Assembly: GCF_009914755.1 (NCBI RefSeq)
Contig: NC_060939.1
Source of the DNA: the human T2T-CHM13v2.0 reference genome, Homo sapiens
Length of the DNA stretch: 64,000 nucleotides
Reading direction: 5' to 3' (one strand)
The notes below the pieces were generated by a model. It did not search any database and was not told the origin of the DNA. It saw nothing but the letters and a program-made list of their open reading frames with translations. Positions 14,606-34,677 of the stretch are shown here, piece after piece. The translations under genes and the position numbers were made by a program. Numbering within the stretch: the first letter of the stretch is position 1; each line of letters begins with the position of its first letter.

Positions 14606-17600
14606 AAACTGAGTAACACCCTTCCTCTCCCAGCTGGAGGAAAAGTTTGGGAACTTTAGCCCGGGAAGGGGCGGAGGAGGTGGGCGGCCAGAGGCGTGGA
14701 GATGCGCGCAGGCCGGGCTCCAGGCCACCGGCGCCCGCCCACCCGGAGCTTAAGATCTAGAGAGAGCACGGGGTCCCGCCTTTGCCACCTCTCATCTTCC
14801 CGGACTCCCCTCCTCTTTCCACCCACGCGCTCTTTACCAAGTAAAGTTCCTTCCCTTCCGTCTGGTCTTAGAAATGACTCTTGGTTACCTGCACACAGAA
14901 CAGCTTTCAGGAGCAACTTCTTTTCAGTCTCCTGTTTTACTACCAAATCCTGGTGCCTGGAAACCACCACACGCATCAAAAATTCCAGAAATAAACAGTC
15001 TCTAAGAAATAAGGTGCTGATTGTGCAGAAAAACGTACAGTTAAGAAAGACCTTGAAAGACGTTATAGTAAGTTACAGTACAAGTTACGTGCTCGTTTAT
15101 TTGTTGAGTGAAGAATCCGCCGTATTGGAAGCAAAGGGACGGAATGGGGGCGGGGAGGGAGGAGAAGAGGTGCCATCAATTAAAAATGACTCCCACAGCC
15201 AGTGATTTAAGTTGTCAAAAAAAGTTACGCCCTTTTTTCTTCAAAAAGGTTTTTTGTTTTCTGTAGAAACACATTACATGTAAACGTATACGATGAAGTT
15301 AAATCATCTTACCTAGAAATCTGGGTTAGTAAAAATTATTTAAGAGGATGAAGAAACAGGAAGGTGCTCAGCACCCAATAATTTGCTGTTCGGGTGACAT
15401 CTTCAAAAGTCTTCTTTGGAGTCATTTTTCCCCCCAGCAAAACGTTTATCGTAGCATGCATCCATTTGAAAAGACAAACGGTCCACATTTTCTGACTAAC
15501 AAAGGACTCTTTTTTGTCTGAAAGGTCAGTTGCTCTCTTTAGAGTTTCTTTATAGTAACGCAAGGTTTTCTTCAAATACTGTAAGAAAGTTTTCAGAATT
15601 TCTTGGAGAGGCAGCATTCAAAGACTGTGTTAACCCTATACAACAAGTAAATAACAACTAACTACCCAAAAATATTATTAAATTTCATCTTGATTAGATC
15701 TTTGGAAGAAAATTTTCTTTGATTCCTCCCCCTTCCTCTAGATCTCCAGTCATTTAGTTCTTGTTGGCTCTTTAAAGTGTCTGTGTATGGTCAGTTACTC
15801 TGTTCTCACTGCCACTGCAGAGCCAAAATTACCTCATACCCGGACTATTATTACAGAAGCTTCCCAGCCAGTCTCCCAACCTTCAGTCTCTTAATTGTCC
15901 CATCACCAATAAATTATCAGCCATCATCAATAAGTCTTACAAAAATACTCCTCTTGCTCAAAAGCCTTCAGCAGCTAACGAATAAAATCTAATTCTTTGC
16001 ATTTAAAGCTGTATAACGTGGACGCGACCCTGTTCTCTAGCCAACACCCCAAGCGAATTACTCTTCAGCCCATTCTCCAAACATGGGTCATGGCTTTCAA
16101 CTTCCACATCTTTATGCATACTGATCCCTCCCCCAATAATCTTCTGTCTGTCTACATTCATCTCAGAAAATCCTACTCCCCCAAGAGTGATTGGTAGGGG
16201 ATGTCGGGGGCTTCTGGAATACTGTACTATTCTCTGTGGGTGCTGGTTACATATCTAGTGTTTTCAGATTGTGAAAATTCAATGAGCCTGTACTGTATGC
16301 AATATATTCTCTTTTATGTGTGTGTTATGCTTTAACAAAAAGTTTGTTTTTAAGTGTATGTCCCTTCCAAGTGCCCTCCTCTCTATAGAACCTTCCCTGA
16401 TCAAGTAACTGGAAGTGATCTCTCCATCCTCCAAATAGTTACAGCAATTATACCTCTCATATGATACTAACACATATGAGCTGAGCAAACCTTATTTCAT
16501 TACTGGACTTCAATTTACTTAAAATTGGGGAATAACTGACATATATTTGAATTCCCTAGAATGCTTAGCATGTTATAGGTGTTTAATAAATATTTCTGAA
16601 TGAATTGATGCATTCTTATTGACTACTATAGCAAATTATGGTTGTTTGTTCTATGTATTTATGTGACACAGGATTGGGATTCCCCCTATTGTGAACACAG
16701 ATGGAATGATCTGAGGCTATGGTCCTGCTCAAATATTTGTGTCTCAATCAACTCCTTTCTCTGGGCTTAAGATAAGCACCCATTTACCATCTAGTCCTCT
16801 GACTGAATCTTAAATGTTAATTGCTTACAAGAGCACTGTCTCAGTAATTGGCTCTTGAGTTATTAATTGCAGTGTTATGTTGTACTGGTTGTCTCCTGTA
16901 ACATCCAAGTTATCATAGTCCTGGTGACTGGCCTCCTTTTCTGTTGTTACTGGATAAAGCAAAGGAAACAGACAGAACCACAAGTATAGCTTGCATCAGG
17001 TTCCAAAAATGTTGGGCAAGTTATTTTTATGAACTGTCTGGATGATGTCCCCATGGTGTCTGTGTCCAGTGGCCTTTATGGATTTTTCCAGCCTAGAAAC
17101 TTGATAGCTGATGTCTGCTTATTCCCATTTGAGAGCAGCTAAGTAAATAGCACTGGTCTGAATATTCAGTAAAGCTTTTTTACATTGATCTGGAAGCTGC
17201 CTATATGAAGTAAAGTCACTATTATTAGCATTCAACCAGACAGGTTGGGTTTTATTTTGTTAACTCTTATCACTATTATTTATTTTTATCTTCCCTTCAG
17301 AGCAAAGGGCACTTATCAAACCTAGATGACCTTTTGTTTGTTATCACACTGAGCCTATATAAAATATTTTTTTGTTTTACTTCTTTTTTTTTTCCAATAT
17401 TTATTTATTTACAATATATACCAGGAAGGGTAATGCATTTTTTAAAATTACTTTACTAGATTATATATACACATGGTAATCTCAAATAATACAAATGGAG
17501 CAAGTTGATCTGCTTACCACCCCTATTTTGATCCCTGCTGTCAAGGAACTTGTGTTCTGGATTAGATAACAAATGTGTAAGCTGTATGCTAACACATACA

Positions 17601-17896
17601 GTTTAACTGGACAATCGCTTACTGAATCGTGTAGTAAGATTGCAGATGGTATTTAGGGAAGGAAAAGATCAACAGATAAGTTTGCCTGAAGGGAGGCTAT
17701 CCAAGGTTGAGTATCCATTCAATGAATACCAACAGGTGAGAAGTAATACCAGATGGGCAGAGGATACCCAGGGGACCTGCCAGAACAGGGAAGAGAACAC
17801 AGTCGACAGATGCTCACTGATAACTCAGATGATGATAACGGCAAAAACGATGACAAATATGATTTCTCAGAAGAAGAATAAAGAATCCACACAGAG

Positions 17897-18538
<642 letters not shown>

Positions 18539-20014
18539 GAATTGACATACAAAGTCTAAAATTTGCACATAAAATGAGTCCTTTTCAAACATAAAGATCT
18601 CCTTCCAGACAAGCTTTAGTTATGAATTCTATATCCAATGACTTCCCTCTTCATTTTCAGAACTTCTTGCTGCTCCGAGTAGCCCTGGGGACCCAGTGAA
18701 CAAAGCCAGTGAATAATTTCATGAAGGGGCCCATGACATCAGTCATTCTCTCAGATGCCAAAGCAAATGGCTGGCAGAACCACGTGTGGCCACAGAGTCA
18801 TGAGGAAAGGCACTTCTACCCAGAAATCATAGGCAGCCCAGGAAATGAGAGACCTGAGGCAGTTCTCACACCCTCTTCTCTTGCCACATTGAAAACTAAA
18901 ACATTGCATAAAAGAGCTTTAAAAAAATAAATAGGTCATCTTCGGCACTAACTTTAAAAGAATCTGTATTTTTAGTAAGCTCACCAAAGGCTGCATCTTA
19001 GAAAACTAGAATGAGAAGAAGAAAAAGGGAAAGAAGATGGTGTCTGCTCCGCATAACCATAGACCCTCATGTAAGTTTTCTTAGTTACTCAGCACTAAAA
19101 TTTCAAGTGGTATCAATTCCTTCTTACAGAAACCACTTCTTTCATCTCCCCTGTTGAGGATTGTTATGCGTTTAGCTATAGCAATCTTGAGTTTACCACT
19201 TATCTTCCAAAGAAGGCTGCTTTCTACCTCTCTCTGTCTTCCTTGGCATTTACAGACTGTCATTCACTTATGACATATCGAGTGTGCCATTAGTTTCGAT
19301 ACTGAAAGAAAAAGTGAAAAAACAGGAAGGATCATGGTCAGGAACAAAACTAGACTTCCCCAGCATAATTGACCTTATACCTAAAAGCAGTTGAGATAAC
19401 CACTGTGTTTTCTTTGGATTCAGGTTTAACATCAAGTCTTGATTACACACAATCCAGAAGTACCCTTAGCTTCACTTTAATGATAAGACTGATGGCCCTG
19501 AGTGCTTATGGTTGAAAGGCAAAAAAAACCTCTTGATTGCCTCTTTTAAAACAGGCTACTCAGCCTGGAGCCCAGATAAACACCAGGAATTTGGTTCTGG
19601 GATCAGTAACCATCTGACTCCATAGTAAACTTTCCTGGACCTTGGAGTTTTCTTATCTTGGCCAGGATACCAGGATATGTGCAATGAGCCGAAAAACTTT
19701 CAAAACTTCAGCACTGTCAAATAAGTTGGATAGAAAAGTTCCTTGATTTTAAACTTAAAATATGGCAGATAAAGGCTATCTCTATAGATTTTAAATGATG
19801 GTTTTACTTGTCCTGCTTGTATTTTTTCCCCTCCAGATTTCCAAGGAGACTTTTAAAATTCTGGCAAGGTGTTCGATACTCTTAACTGAATGATCAATTA
19901 CGAGTAAATTACATGGCTGGTTCAATACCACCAGTTACTCCATCACAACCTTTGCTACTCATGCTAACAGAAGAACACGGCAGACAGAATAAGTTAAGAT
20001 AAATCTCACTTTCG

Positions 20015-20299
20015 GGCCCGGCGCGGTGGCTCACACCTGTAATCCCAGCACTTTGGGAGGCCGAGGCGGGCAGGTCACGAAGTCAGGAGATCAAGACCAT
20101 CCTGGCTAACACGGTGAAACCCCATCTCTACTAAAAATACAAAAAATTAGCCGGGCGTGATAGCTACTCAGGAGGCTGAGGCAGGAGAATGGCGTGAACC
20201 CAGGAGGCGGAGCTTGCAGTGAGCCGAGATGACACCACTGCACTCCAGCCTGGGCGACAGAGTGAGACTCCGACTCAAAAAAAAAAAAAAAAAAAAAAA
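20015..20299 (+). mobile_element. AluY-like with short internal deletion
   Basis: TSD aagataaatctcactttc; gggcgtga|tagctactc junction. Confidence 0.92.
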
Positions 20300-20657
20300 G
20301 ATAAATCTCACTTTCAAATGTACTTGGGAAATGACCCGAGCTTTATGGTAGATGATGAACAATGACTTTACAGTCATTTAAATTGAAATTGCTATTGACT
20401 ACATTGGTTTCAGTTATGGGAAAGGGAAAGGGAAGGTCATAGGTAAAATCTGGATATAGAAATGTTATAATAAAGTTATATATAAACATATTTTTATTAT
20501 ATTTTATATCATATAAAATTATCAATAATATATGTTTTAAATGTGCTATTTGGAATTCTTTCATCAAATATCCTTATAAATTAATACATCTTTAAGTAAA
20601 TCCTGATTTTTACATTAAAAAGGAACCCATATAAGTGTAGATAAAATGTGTATTTTA

Positions 20658-20967
<310 letters not shown>

Positions 20968-22499
20968 TTAAAAGGTTAATTTAAAAAAATACTTACTGCA
21001 TGATATAATACATGGTTGATTGATTGATTGTTTTTTGAACATTTGATTACCAAAAGAACCATTCCCTTCCCTTTCTGGAAGGAAATAGTTCATGAAAATT
21101 ATTTTCTGCATGCTCCTTCTTCAAAACTACTTGAATCAATGTTTGTTTTCATTAAAAATTAAAATATAATTTTGTACCCAATTGTTAAGTAATATTTAAC
21201 TCCAACATTTATTTGGCAGAAACGTTTAAATTAAGGTACAATTCTTATATACAGTAGCATTATTCTGCATTGCATTTAGGCCATCAGGACTATTTTAATA
21301 GCATATTTTATTCAAAGAGATTTGTCCACTCTTATGTCTTCATGGATTAACCAGGTATATATATTCTTTACATCATCTATATCTATTTAGTACAAATATC
21401 AAAAAATATTTGATAATAATGAATCAGTGTATACTTTCCCTCTTGCTGTTTTAAGAATGTTGTTGCCACAAACAAAATATTTAAAGTAGCCAATAAATTA
21501 AAATACCAACACATGCTGAACTTCAAAAGAGCTACATTTTAATTTTGCCAGGCTAGGGAGAAGCATGTTTTATGCTCCATAAACTTCAAAACCCTCCCTG
21601 GACCTAAACAATAATTAAGAACAGTTCCTTTGAACCTTAGAAGGGTGTAGTCCATGAATTTACTTGAGATCAAGACATCGCATTTTAAGGCTAAACTAAA
21701 AGGCATATTTCTTCTACTACTGAGACATTGAGCTCTAAGAGAACGATAAACTCTCAAGATCCATGAACTTTTTGGCTCATAACTCTGAAGTGGCACTCAT
21801 CAAGTCAACAAATACAAAAAAGCCTAAAACCCCTAACACCCAGAGGGTTGAGCTCTTTTTAGGCAAGTCAAACCCCAGCTAAAACTACCTTGGGGAATTC
21901 CCAAATATGAATCACAGCAAATCACCTAACAACAATAGAGGTTGCTCATAAACTCTTACAGCCAGAGAGCTCCCATTCAATACTACATGACTCCAAGTCA
22001 ACATTCCTTGACAGGTAGCTGTGCGGTCTATGCCAGAATGTTAACACTTTGAATGCTTTTGTTTAAATCACAATTCCATCCAGAAAGAAATTGAGGCAAC
22101 TTGTGACAAATTTCATTACCGTGCTTCCTGACAACAAAGGGAGGAAATCAACCTCAGGAAGGAAGAACTTATGTTCACTATTGGAGATACCGTGATATTC
22201 ATCCTTGAGTTTGAAATTTGGCTTTCAGCTTCCTAATAGCCAAGGCAAAACAAAAAATAGAAACTGACAGTGACAGCTTTGAAACCAGAAAAGGAAAAGG
22301 CACTGAATATTCTCAACAGAGATAATGCTTTCCTGCTGCTACATTCTGCAATAAATTTCTCATAAGAGTGTGCCTTTACTTACAGAACAGTGAGCAGTGG
22401 AATAGATAATCCCCTCAACTATTAGAAATATCTTTGTTGGGTGTCCAGAGTGTTCATTCCTCCAGCAAGTATTGGTTTTCAGATGATGTGTGAGATGAT

Positions 22500-24480
<1,981 letters not shown>

Positions 24481-25203
24481 GGACAAAGGGGATTTGATCC
24501 CTCAGTTAGGAGCTTGGACATGTCATCCGCAGTAACAGGATAAAGGCAAAAAGATGCAGGTACAGATAAGTGTACGGTGGTATATTCAGTGGAAGGAAAA
24601 GAAGGTCCCAACTGGCCTGCTTCTATTTTCTCATGAATCATGATCATGACTTTACAGGGAGATGGGCAATGAAGAAACACCACTTTTGGAAATTTGAGGA
24701 CAGATAAGAAGATATGAAATAGCCAATATTTTTCAGTCTTACAATTCCAAAATATCAACTTGGTCTGCCTGATCTATGAAATACCCAATGTGATTTTGAG
24801 AGTGTGAAGAATTTCTCAATTGGTAATTTCTCAGTCTTTCTACTAGCAAAGGGATTAGCTTGTACAGGGACTGCCAATATCTAAGCCATCAAATAGTAAC
24901 TGCTTAATTAATGTTCCTAAGCTATAGAAGGATTGGCCAAAGCATTTCTTCACCAAAGCACCACATCTCACCCTTTTCTGTATGTATACCCCATAGCACA
25001 AAGTACTGCTATTACTATTACTACACAATCACTAAAGTTTATTGAGATATTACCATGTGCCAAGCACTGTGCTAAGTTCTTTACATGTATCTCTTTTAAT
25101 ACTCCCAGCAAAGAAATGAGCAATATATACTACTATTATCCTAGTTTTATGAATGATGAAGCTGAAGCTTCCAAACGCTAAGTTATATCAATATTAAAGA
25201 CTG

Positions 25204-25663
<460 letters not shown>

Positions 25664-25710
25664 TTAAAATGATTTATACCTATAATGATTCACTATTGAA
25701 AGTTAAAATA

Positions 25711-26016
25711 GGCTGGGTGCAGTGGCTGACACTTGTAATCCCAGCAATTTTGGAAGCCAAGGTGGGGGGATTACTTCAGGCCAGGAGTTCTAGACCAACC
25801 TGGGCAACATAGTGAGACCCCATCTCTACAAAAATAAAATAAAATTAGCCAGGCATAGTAGCACACACCTGTAGTCCCAGCTACTGGTCGGGGGAGGCCA
25901 AGGTGGAGGATCACTTGAGCCTGGGAGGCTGAGGCTGCAGTGAGCCGAGATCACGCTACAGCATTCCAGCCTGGGTAAAAGAGTGAGACCCAGTCTCAAA
26001 AAAGAAAAAAAAGAAA
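25711..26016 (+). mobile_element. AluJ
   Basis: AluJ features; TSD gaaagttaaaata/gaaaattaaaata. Confidence 0.9.
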
Positions 26017-26108
26017 ATTAAAATACTTCAGACAGAAAGTCCCAACTGAAAAATGGAAATTTGGGAAACCCTGTTGACAGAACAAGGTCTATTGAAGAAG
26101 AGACTCAA

Positions 26109-26310
26109 CCAGTAGTATACTGGTAACCTATTAGACAGCTGTTTTTTTATAGGTGGGAATTGGGGGGCTAATTTATAGCAATCGTCAATTTCAATGGTAT
26201 AAATACTTACACCATGGAATTCAAACTGTCAGTGTGACATTAGTCATCCCTCAAAAATTCTTGAAAATCTACCAGTCAGCTCTTGTGAGTCAGTTCCAGC
26301 ACTCCACTGG
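26109..26310 (-). mobile_element. MER63A-like hAT MITE
   Basis: TIR-like ends ccagtagtatactgg ... ccagcactccactgg. Confidence 0.6.
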
Positions 26311-27225
26311 AAGAAGCTAATATGAACCCTCTGGCACCACCAGACCTCATGTTCCCTTGGGTATGTCTAGCAAGGATCACTTTGGGATCTCAGAACTGCA
26401 GTCAGCCTGAGGTTTTAGCCCTTCTCCTATGGACCAAACAAATGAAGTAAAAAAGGAACACCGGGCATGAATTATGCTGATTCTAATGTATTTTTGATAT
26501 TGGAGTTAGGAATAGGTATGAGAGACCATCTTGTTTCAGTCTTTGCTTTTTGCTTGTGTTTTCTCTCTTTTTTTCCAAAGTATTCAAAAGATTAATTGAA
26601 TAAAATATAATCAGATATTAAAATGAACATTAAAAACTGGATATAGAGATTGTCAGAGTGGTCACTTCCTGTGTTTCAACATGCTTGTGTGATTCCATGC
26701 CTGTATTCCTAAACAGTACTTACACAGCTTCCCCATGTGAGCGCCTGAGAAGTTGGTATTGATTTATTTGATAAGTGACTGAGTTTTGTGTATGAAAACA
26801 ATTCACGCATAGAAATTTAACTTAATGCCATCTTAAACAAAGGATTCATTGACCTAATTTCAAGCTCATGGGTGATTGTTACGTGAACTTTCAGAATTAT
26901 GTCTTTCCAGTTTCATTCTTGATTCACAACCAAACAGGTATGGTTTAGACTCTAGGATTGAAACAAGGGTCTAGGGTAGAATCAAGTTTTCTTTCAGACT
27001 TGTCCCACAGATTTTTAAAAATATCAGAGCTCCTGGTGTTATATGAACACTGCATTCTTTTGTCACCTCCAACAAAAAAACTAATCAATGCTGCCTAAAA
27101 TTGAGATTCTAGATAAATATCTCAAAAAATAAATGAATAACAAATAATGTTATTAAAAACAGGGAAAATTTAAGCAACATGAGAACTTACGACAGAGAAA
27201 ATTAATTAATTTATTTATTCATTAA

Positions 27226-27788
<563 letters not shown>

Positions 27789-27849
27789 TGATTATATATA
27801 GTGTATCAAAAAGTTATAAGTGCTAGACTGATTGGAACAGGGTGAGAAA

Positions 27850-28810
27850 GGGTAAGAGAGGGAGGAAATGACCCAAGAGATATAGTAGGAGCAGGAGTCT
27901 AGATCATGTAGTGCCTAGCAGGGTATCATAAGGGCTCAGGCCTTTTATTTGAGGGGCATGGGAAACCACATCATCGTTTTGCAGTAATCCAGGTGAGAAG
28001 CAATGGTGACCAGACCAGGTTAGTAGCAGTAAAGAAATGATTGGATTCTAGACAGATCTTGAAGGTTGAGCCAACAAAAATTAATGCGAAATGTGAGAGT
28101 CAATTATGCATCTGAGCGCCTGGAAGGACAGAGTTGTCATTAACTGAGATGGGGAAGGCTGTGGGTGGAGAGGGTTGTGGGGAGGAAATAGAGAAGGTCA
28201 GGAGATTGGTATCAGCCATGTTTATTATGAGATGTCTATTACATATCCAAGTGAAGATGACAACTAGCAGGTTTGAGAAATGATTCTGGAGGCCAGGAGG
28301 GACATATGAGATGGAGAGATAAATGTGGGAGTCATCAACATACAGCTGGTAGGAGACTGCATGAGGTCACCAAACGAGGAAATATAGAGGCCAAGGACTA
28401 AGCTCTGGGAAACTCCAGTATCAACCAATTGGAAGACAAGGATCCTATAAAAGAGAAGGAAAAGTGCCATACAACGAAGAAAAAGGAAAACCAAAGGGTA
28501 TGGAGCCCTGGAAACCAAGTAAAGTATATCAAGGAAGAGCTCATGGTCAGCTGTGTCACTGCTGCTAATCAGTGTGCTGGGTGAGGACTGAAATTACCAT
28601 TGCATTTAGCATGATGGAAGCCATTGGTAACCTGGACCACGGGCAAGTAGTGTTGAGGGGGAAGTGAGAACAAAAGTGACTCATTGGCTTTAAGAGGAAA
28701 TCGGAGGAAAAGAACTGGAGACTACATTAATAAGCAACTTCTTCAAGTTTTGCTGCGACGGGGAGGGAGGAAATGAGGCAGAAGTGGTGGAGAAATTTTT
28801 CTAAGATGGG
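27850..28810. mobile_element. L2 fragment
   Basis: L2-type text (gcagtaatccaggtgagaagcaatggtgacc, gagatggggaaggctgtgggtggag, gggagtcatcaacatacag). Confidence 0.7.
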
Positions 28811-28941
28811 AGATATTAACAGAATGTCTTCAAGCAAATTTTATATACATGGTTACAGGTACACACCCCAACTTTAGCACTTGTATTATTCCATTTACAT
28901 GTTTGTCTCCCCCAATAAATTGTGATAATATATACATTCTT

Positions 28942-29180
<239 letters not shown>

Positions 29181-29219
29181 TCAAACTTTACATGCCCATA
29201 GGCTAACCCAAAGTACTCA

Positions 29220-29675
29220 TTTTGTATCATAGCTGCAGCAAATCACCAGAAATTTAGCAGCTTAAAACAACACAGCTCTGTAAGTTAGAAGTCTAACACA
29301 GTCCTCACTGAGCTAAAATCAAGCTCTGGCAGAGTGTTCATTTGTTGCCTTTGTCTGCTTCTAGAGGCTGCCCTCGTTCCTTGGCTCATGGCTCCTTTCT
29401 TGTCTCCAAAATCAGCATCCTTCCAACTCTCTGACCATGTTTCCACAGTCACATCTCTCTCTGACTCTGAACTCAGCTAGGAAAGATTTTTTTATTTTAA
29501 GGAGGCAGGTGATTAGATTGGACCCACCCAGATTATCCAGGGTAATCCCTGCATGTCAAAGTCCTTAATTTAATCACATCTACAAAGACCCCTCTGCCCT
29601 GTATATGGTAATTTATTCACAGGTTCTGGGGATTACAACATGGACATCATTGCATGTCATTATACTGCCTATTAT
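29220..29675 (-). mobile_element. MLT1 (ERVL-MaLR) solo LTR
   Basis: gcttaaaacaacac, gattagattggacccaccc, ttaatcacatctacaaag and ttcacaggttctggggatta motifs. Confidence 0.75.
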
Positions 29676-30240
29676 ATCTGGCGACTCACACATAAATAAA
29701 CAAATGTCTGGAATACAAACCTTATATGTTTTTTCTCTCATGGCCATTTGTCTACTGCATTCCAAAGGCCTGACTTCCTTAAGAAATGTAATCTCTGTAT
29801 GAGAGCAGAAACTGTTTCACTTTTGTTCTTCACTGTATTCCCAGCACCTAGTACAAGACATGAAGTAGGTGCTTAATAAATATTTGTTGAGTGACTGAAT
29901 GAATAAATAAGTGAGTAAACCTATTCTATCATGTGAGCTGCCCTAGCCGATCTCTTCTTTGGGCTCAGCAGATAATCTCACTCCCTTAATGGAATGTGGC
30001 TCCTTCTCCAGGAGCGGGGTCAGTTTATCTTCCCTGCCTTGTTACTTCTTTCAGCGTCTGAGTCTACCTTTAGCACATCTTTTCCCTGAGGCACGCACTG
30101 AGTTCATGCCATCTGCTGTGCTAATTCACATTAAGCTGTTAGTGACATTATGACGGAAGGACATGTTTAATTTTTATAAACATGGAAGGACATGCTTACT
30201 TTTTAAATTAATTTTCATAAATGTAATATATACATGGCAT

Positions 30241-31327
<1,087 letters not shown>

Positions 31328-31953
31328 GCACAAAAAGTTTTAAGTACAAAAGCACATATATTGAAAAGCAAATTGGTGTTCGCTCCTGTTCCTGATACCT
31401 AGTTTCCTTCCAGAGGCAACATCTTCTACTCGTTTGTTTGCTTGTTTTTGTTTATTTTGAGGGAAGAAGTCTAATCTAATAGGCATACTCTATGCACATG
31501 CAACTTTTTTATATAAACACAGAAGCCTCCTAAAAAAAGAAAATCCCTTTTCTACACCTTGCTTTTTAATTAACAGTATCAATCTTTCCAACAGCGGCTT
31601 AGCATATCATTAAATAGAGGTACAACAACTTAGCAAACCTTTATAAATCAGGCCCTCAAGCGATGACTTGAGTGTGGCAGAATTTCAGCATTCGAGGCAG
31701 AGAGAATATGAGCAGTCCTGTGTGTGGGAAAGGCAATGGAGACATCTGTAGTGTTGGTGGGGCACTTGGAAGCCTAGATACGTGTCACAAGAAAATCTCA
31801 AGGAAAACAACGTAGACAGGGTTGCAATGACTAGAAGGGAGTAGGAATGCAGATGCCAGAAGAGGGAACGCCAACAAAAGGCAAAAGGAGTGGGCGCTCA
31901 GGGCTCTTCACAGCCATCTGCACCCAACCTGTCCCGATGCCCCGATGCATCTT

Positions 31954-32263
31954 CTTTTTCTTTTTCTTTTTTTTTTTTTTCTGAAATGGAGTCTTACTCT
32001 GTCACTCACGCTGGAGTGCACTGGTGTGATCTCGGCTCACTGCAACCTTCGCCTCCCAGGTTCAAGCGATTCTCCTGCCTCAGCCCCCTGAGTAGCTGAC
32101 ATTACAGGTGCCCACAACAATGGCTGGCTAATTTCTATATTTTTAGTAGAGACGGGGGCATCACCATGTTGCCCAGGCTGATCTCAAACTCCTGACCTCA
32201 AGTGATCCGCCCACCTCAGCCTCCCAAATTGCTGGGATTACAGGCCTGGGCCACCGCGCTTGG
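31954..32263 (-). mobile_element. AluS
   Basis: Reverse Alu; TSD ccgatgcatcttc. Confidence 0.92.
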
Positions 32264-32509
32264 TACCGATGCATCTTCCTCTACTTCTCTGAGTGCCTCG
32301 CCCCTCTGAGCAGGAATGTTTCCTCTCCCAGCCCCTAGCCCTAAGCAGGCACATTCCAGGACCTTTGCTCATGTCCTCTTGCTTCCTGGGATGCATTTGA
32401 AACCATTGACACACCCTCCCTCCTAAGCTCTCACCTGTCTAGTTCTCTGGGTCACCTTGCTCTACTAGTACTTCTGCTACCTCTCTGAACTTTCTTCATT
32501 CTCTAAATT

Positions 32510-32955
32510 CATTGGTTAGGGCTGCCATAACAAAGTACCACAAGCTGTGGCTTAAGCAACAGAAATGTATCATCGCACAGTTCTGGAGGCCAGAAGTCTA
32601 AAAGCGAGGTGTTGGCGGAGCCATGTTCTCTCTGAAAGGCATAGAAGAGAATCCTTCGTTGCCTCTTCTAGCTTCTGGTGTTTGCCAGCAATTCCTGGTA
32701 TGCTGCCCTTGTGGATGGGTTGCTCCAAGCTCTGCCTCCATCATCACATGGCTGTTTCTCTACATAATCTTTTAATAAACATGTCTTTTTCTCATCTTAT
32801 GAGGACACCAGTCATATTGCATCTTACTCCAGTATGACCTTATCTTAACTAATTATATCTGCAATGACCCTATTTCCAAACAAGGTCACATTCACAGGTA
32901 CCAGTGGTTAGGACTTGAACATGTCTTTCTGGGGGACACAGTTCAACCCACAACA
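32510..32955 (-). mobile_element. MLT1B/C (MaLR) solo LTR
   Basis: gggctgccataacaaagtaccaca...cacagttctggaggccagaagtc...ggggacacagttcaacccacaaca. Confidence 0.85.
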
Positions 32956-32967
32956 CTTCCTATAAAA

Positions 32968-33690
32968 CAGTGGTCTACAAAATAGGGCGGGACCCCTCTC
33001 AGAGTGTATGAGATAATCCTTTGAGAAAAGGGAAGAAATTTCTATTTCTACTTTTTTTTCTAAAAGATAAAAAAATTAAGCATTACTAATATTTAATATG
33101 TGGACTGATAACGGTGGCCTCTCCTGTATTCTGTTTGTCAGAGCCCCTTGTCATGCCCAGTGAGTGGTGAAAGCTAAAGGAACAGTAGACTTTCCTTAGC
33201 ACTGAGGGGATGACAATGGGGCCCCTGATTCTTGTTCAATTTCAGCACGTCGCCACATATTGCAATTGGAGTGCTTTAGAATATCACTAATGTGGCTACT
33301 TTTATGAAAACAAGACCTTTAAATAGTAGACTCTTTACACTACTTTGTACTGAGATGAAGCATGATCATAAAAGTACTTTAAAATTCAATTTAAACTTGG
33401 GGTTGCCCTCTATTTTACAAAATTACAAATTTTCCAATTTTGCTAGTCTTTTTCATGATGGCAAATAACAGTAAGTAGTATGCTACCTAGAGCAAATGGT
33501 ATGGAAAAAACAAAACTTCTGAGTGTATCCCTTCAAGATAAATGCAATATTTTAACAATGAATAAGAAATAGATTTTTTTTCAAAAGGCACTCATAAGGA
33601 GAGCATATTGAAAATGGAGATTTGAAAATGTTTCCATTGTTACATAAAATAACCACGTTTCTTTCCAAAACTCTTATAGCCTTCCATTTC
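32968..33690 (+). mobile_element. hAT-Charlie (Buster-type) transposon remnant with transposase fragments
   Basis: CAGTGGTCT end; 33301 onward translates FMKTRPLNSRLFTLLCTEMKHDH (cf. Buster/ZBED5 FIKARPLxSRLFxxLCEEMG); later SLQDK and ENGDLKMFPLL. Confidence 0.75.
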
Positions 33691-33727
33691 CAGCAATAAG
33701 GAAGACAAAATGACCTTAAACCTCTCA

Positions 33728-34087
<360 letters not shown>

Positions 34088-34549
34088 TTAGTGATGTTGA
34101 AAAGAATAATTATTGCTAATGAATAACAGAGTTTCTAAGAAAGTCAGGGCAATTCCCAGGGCCAAAACCAAAGAAGGAAATAAAGCCCAGAGCTGCCAGT
34201 GCAGTCACTGCAGCTTCCTGGTAAAGGCTGGAGGCAGGAGACACCACCTTAGGGTGGTGCCTTGAGGAAAGGTACAAATAAAAATAAAAATTTCTATTTC
34301 CAATTATTTTCTTTCTAAAAAATGCAAAAAAAAATCGCTTCTCTAATATTTCATGTGTGGACTGATACCGGTGATCTCCTTTGCATTCTATTTGTCAGAG
34401 CCCCATGGCATGCCCTGTAAGTAGTAAATGCAATATTTTACAGATATATTTTATCAGGTATTTTATCAGAAAGCTGAGTCTTCTGTGAAAGAACGCCCTG
34501 GAAAATATCCACCCGCCAGCAAAGGGACACCTGGGGAAGAGTATCAGTG

Positions 34550-34677
34550 GTGGAGTCACAGCTCACTGCAGCCTTGACTTCTCAGGCTCAAGAGATCCTC
34601 CCACCTCAGCTTCCCGAGTGAGTGATTAGCCGGGACCAAAGTGCTGGGATTACAGGCGTGAGTCACTGTGCCCGGCC
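34550..34677 (-). mobile_element. Alu fragment with large internal deletion
   Basis: Right-arm piece fused to the 5' end piece (caaagtgctgggattacaggcgtgag). Confidence 0.75.

Larger units (their letters stand above)
13480..14800. promoter_or_regulatory. UACA: CpG island spanning UACA promoter, exon 1 and start of intron 1
   Basis: Sharp rise in GC and CpG relative to the AT-rich flanks; surrounds the first exon. Confidence 0.9.

Noticed and set aside
17740-17881. Acidic frame ...TDNSDDDNGKNDDKYDFSEEE* resembling a protein C-terminus
   Set aside because: No recognisable parent, poly-A or TSD; likely a decayed GAT-rich tract. A tblastx search would settle it.
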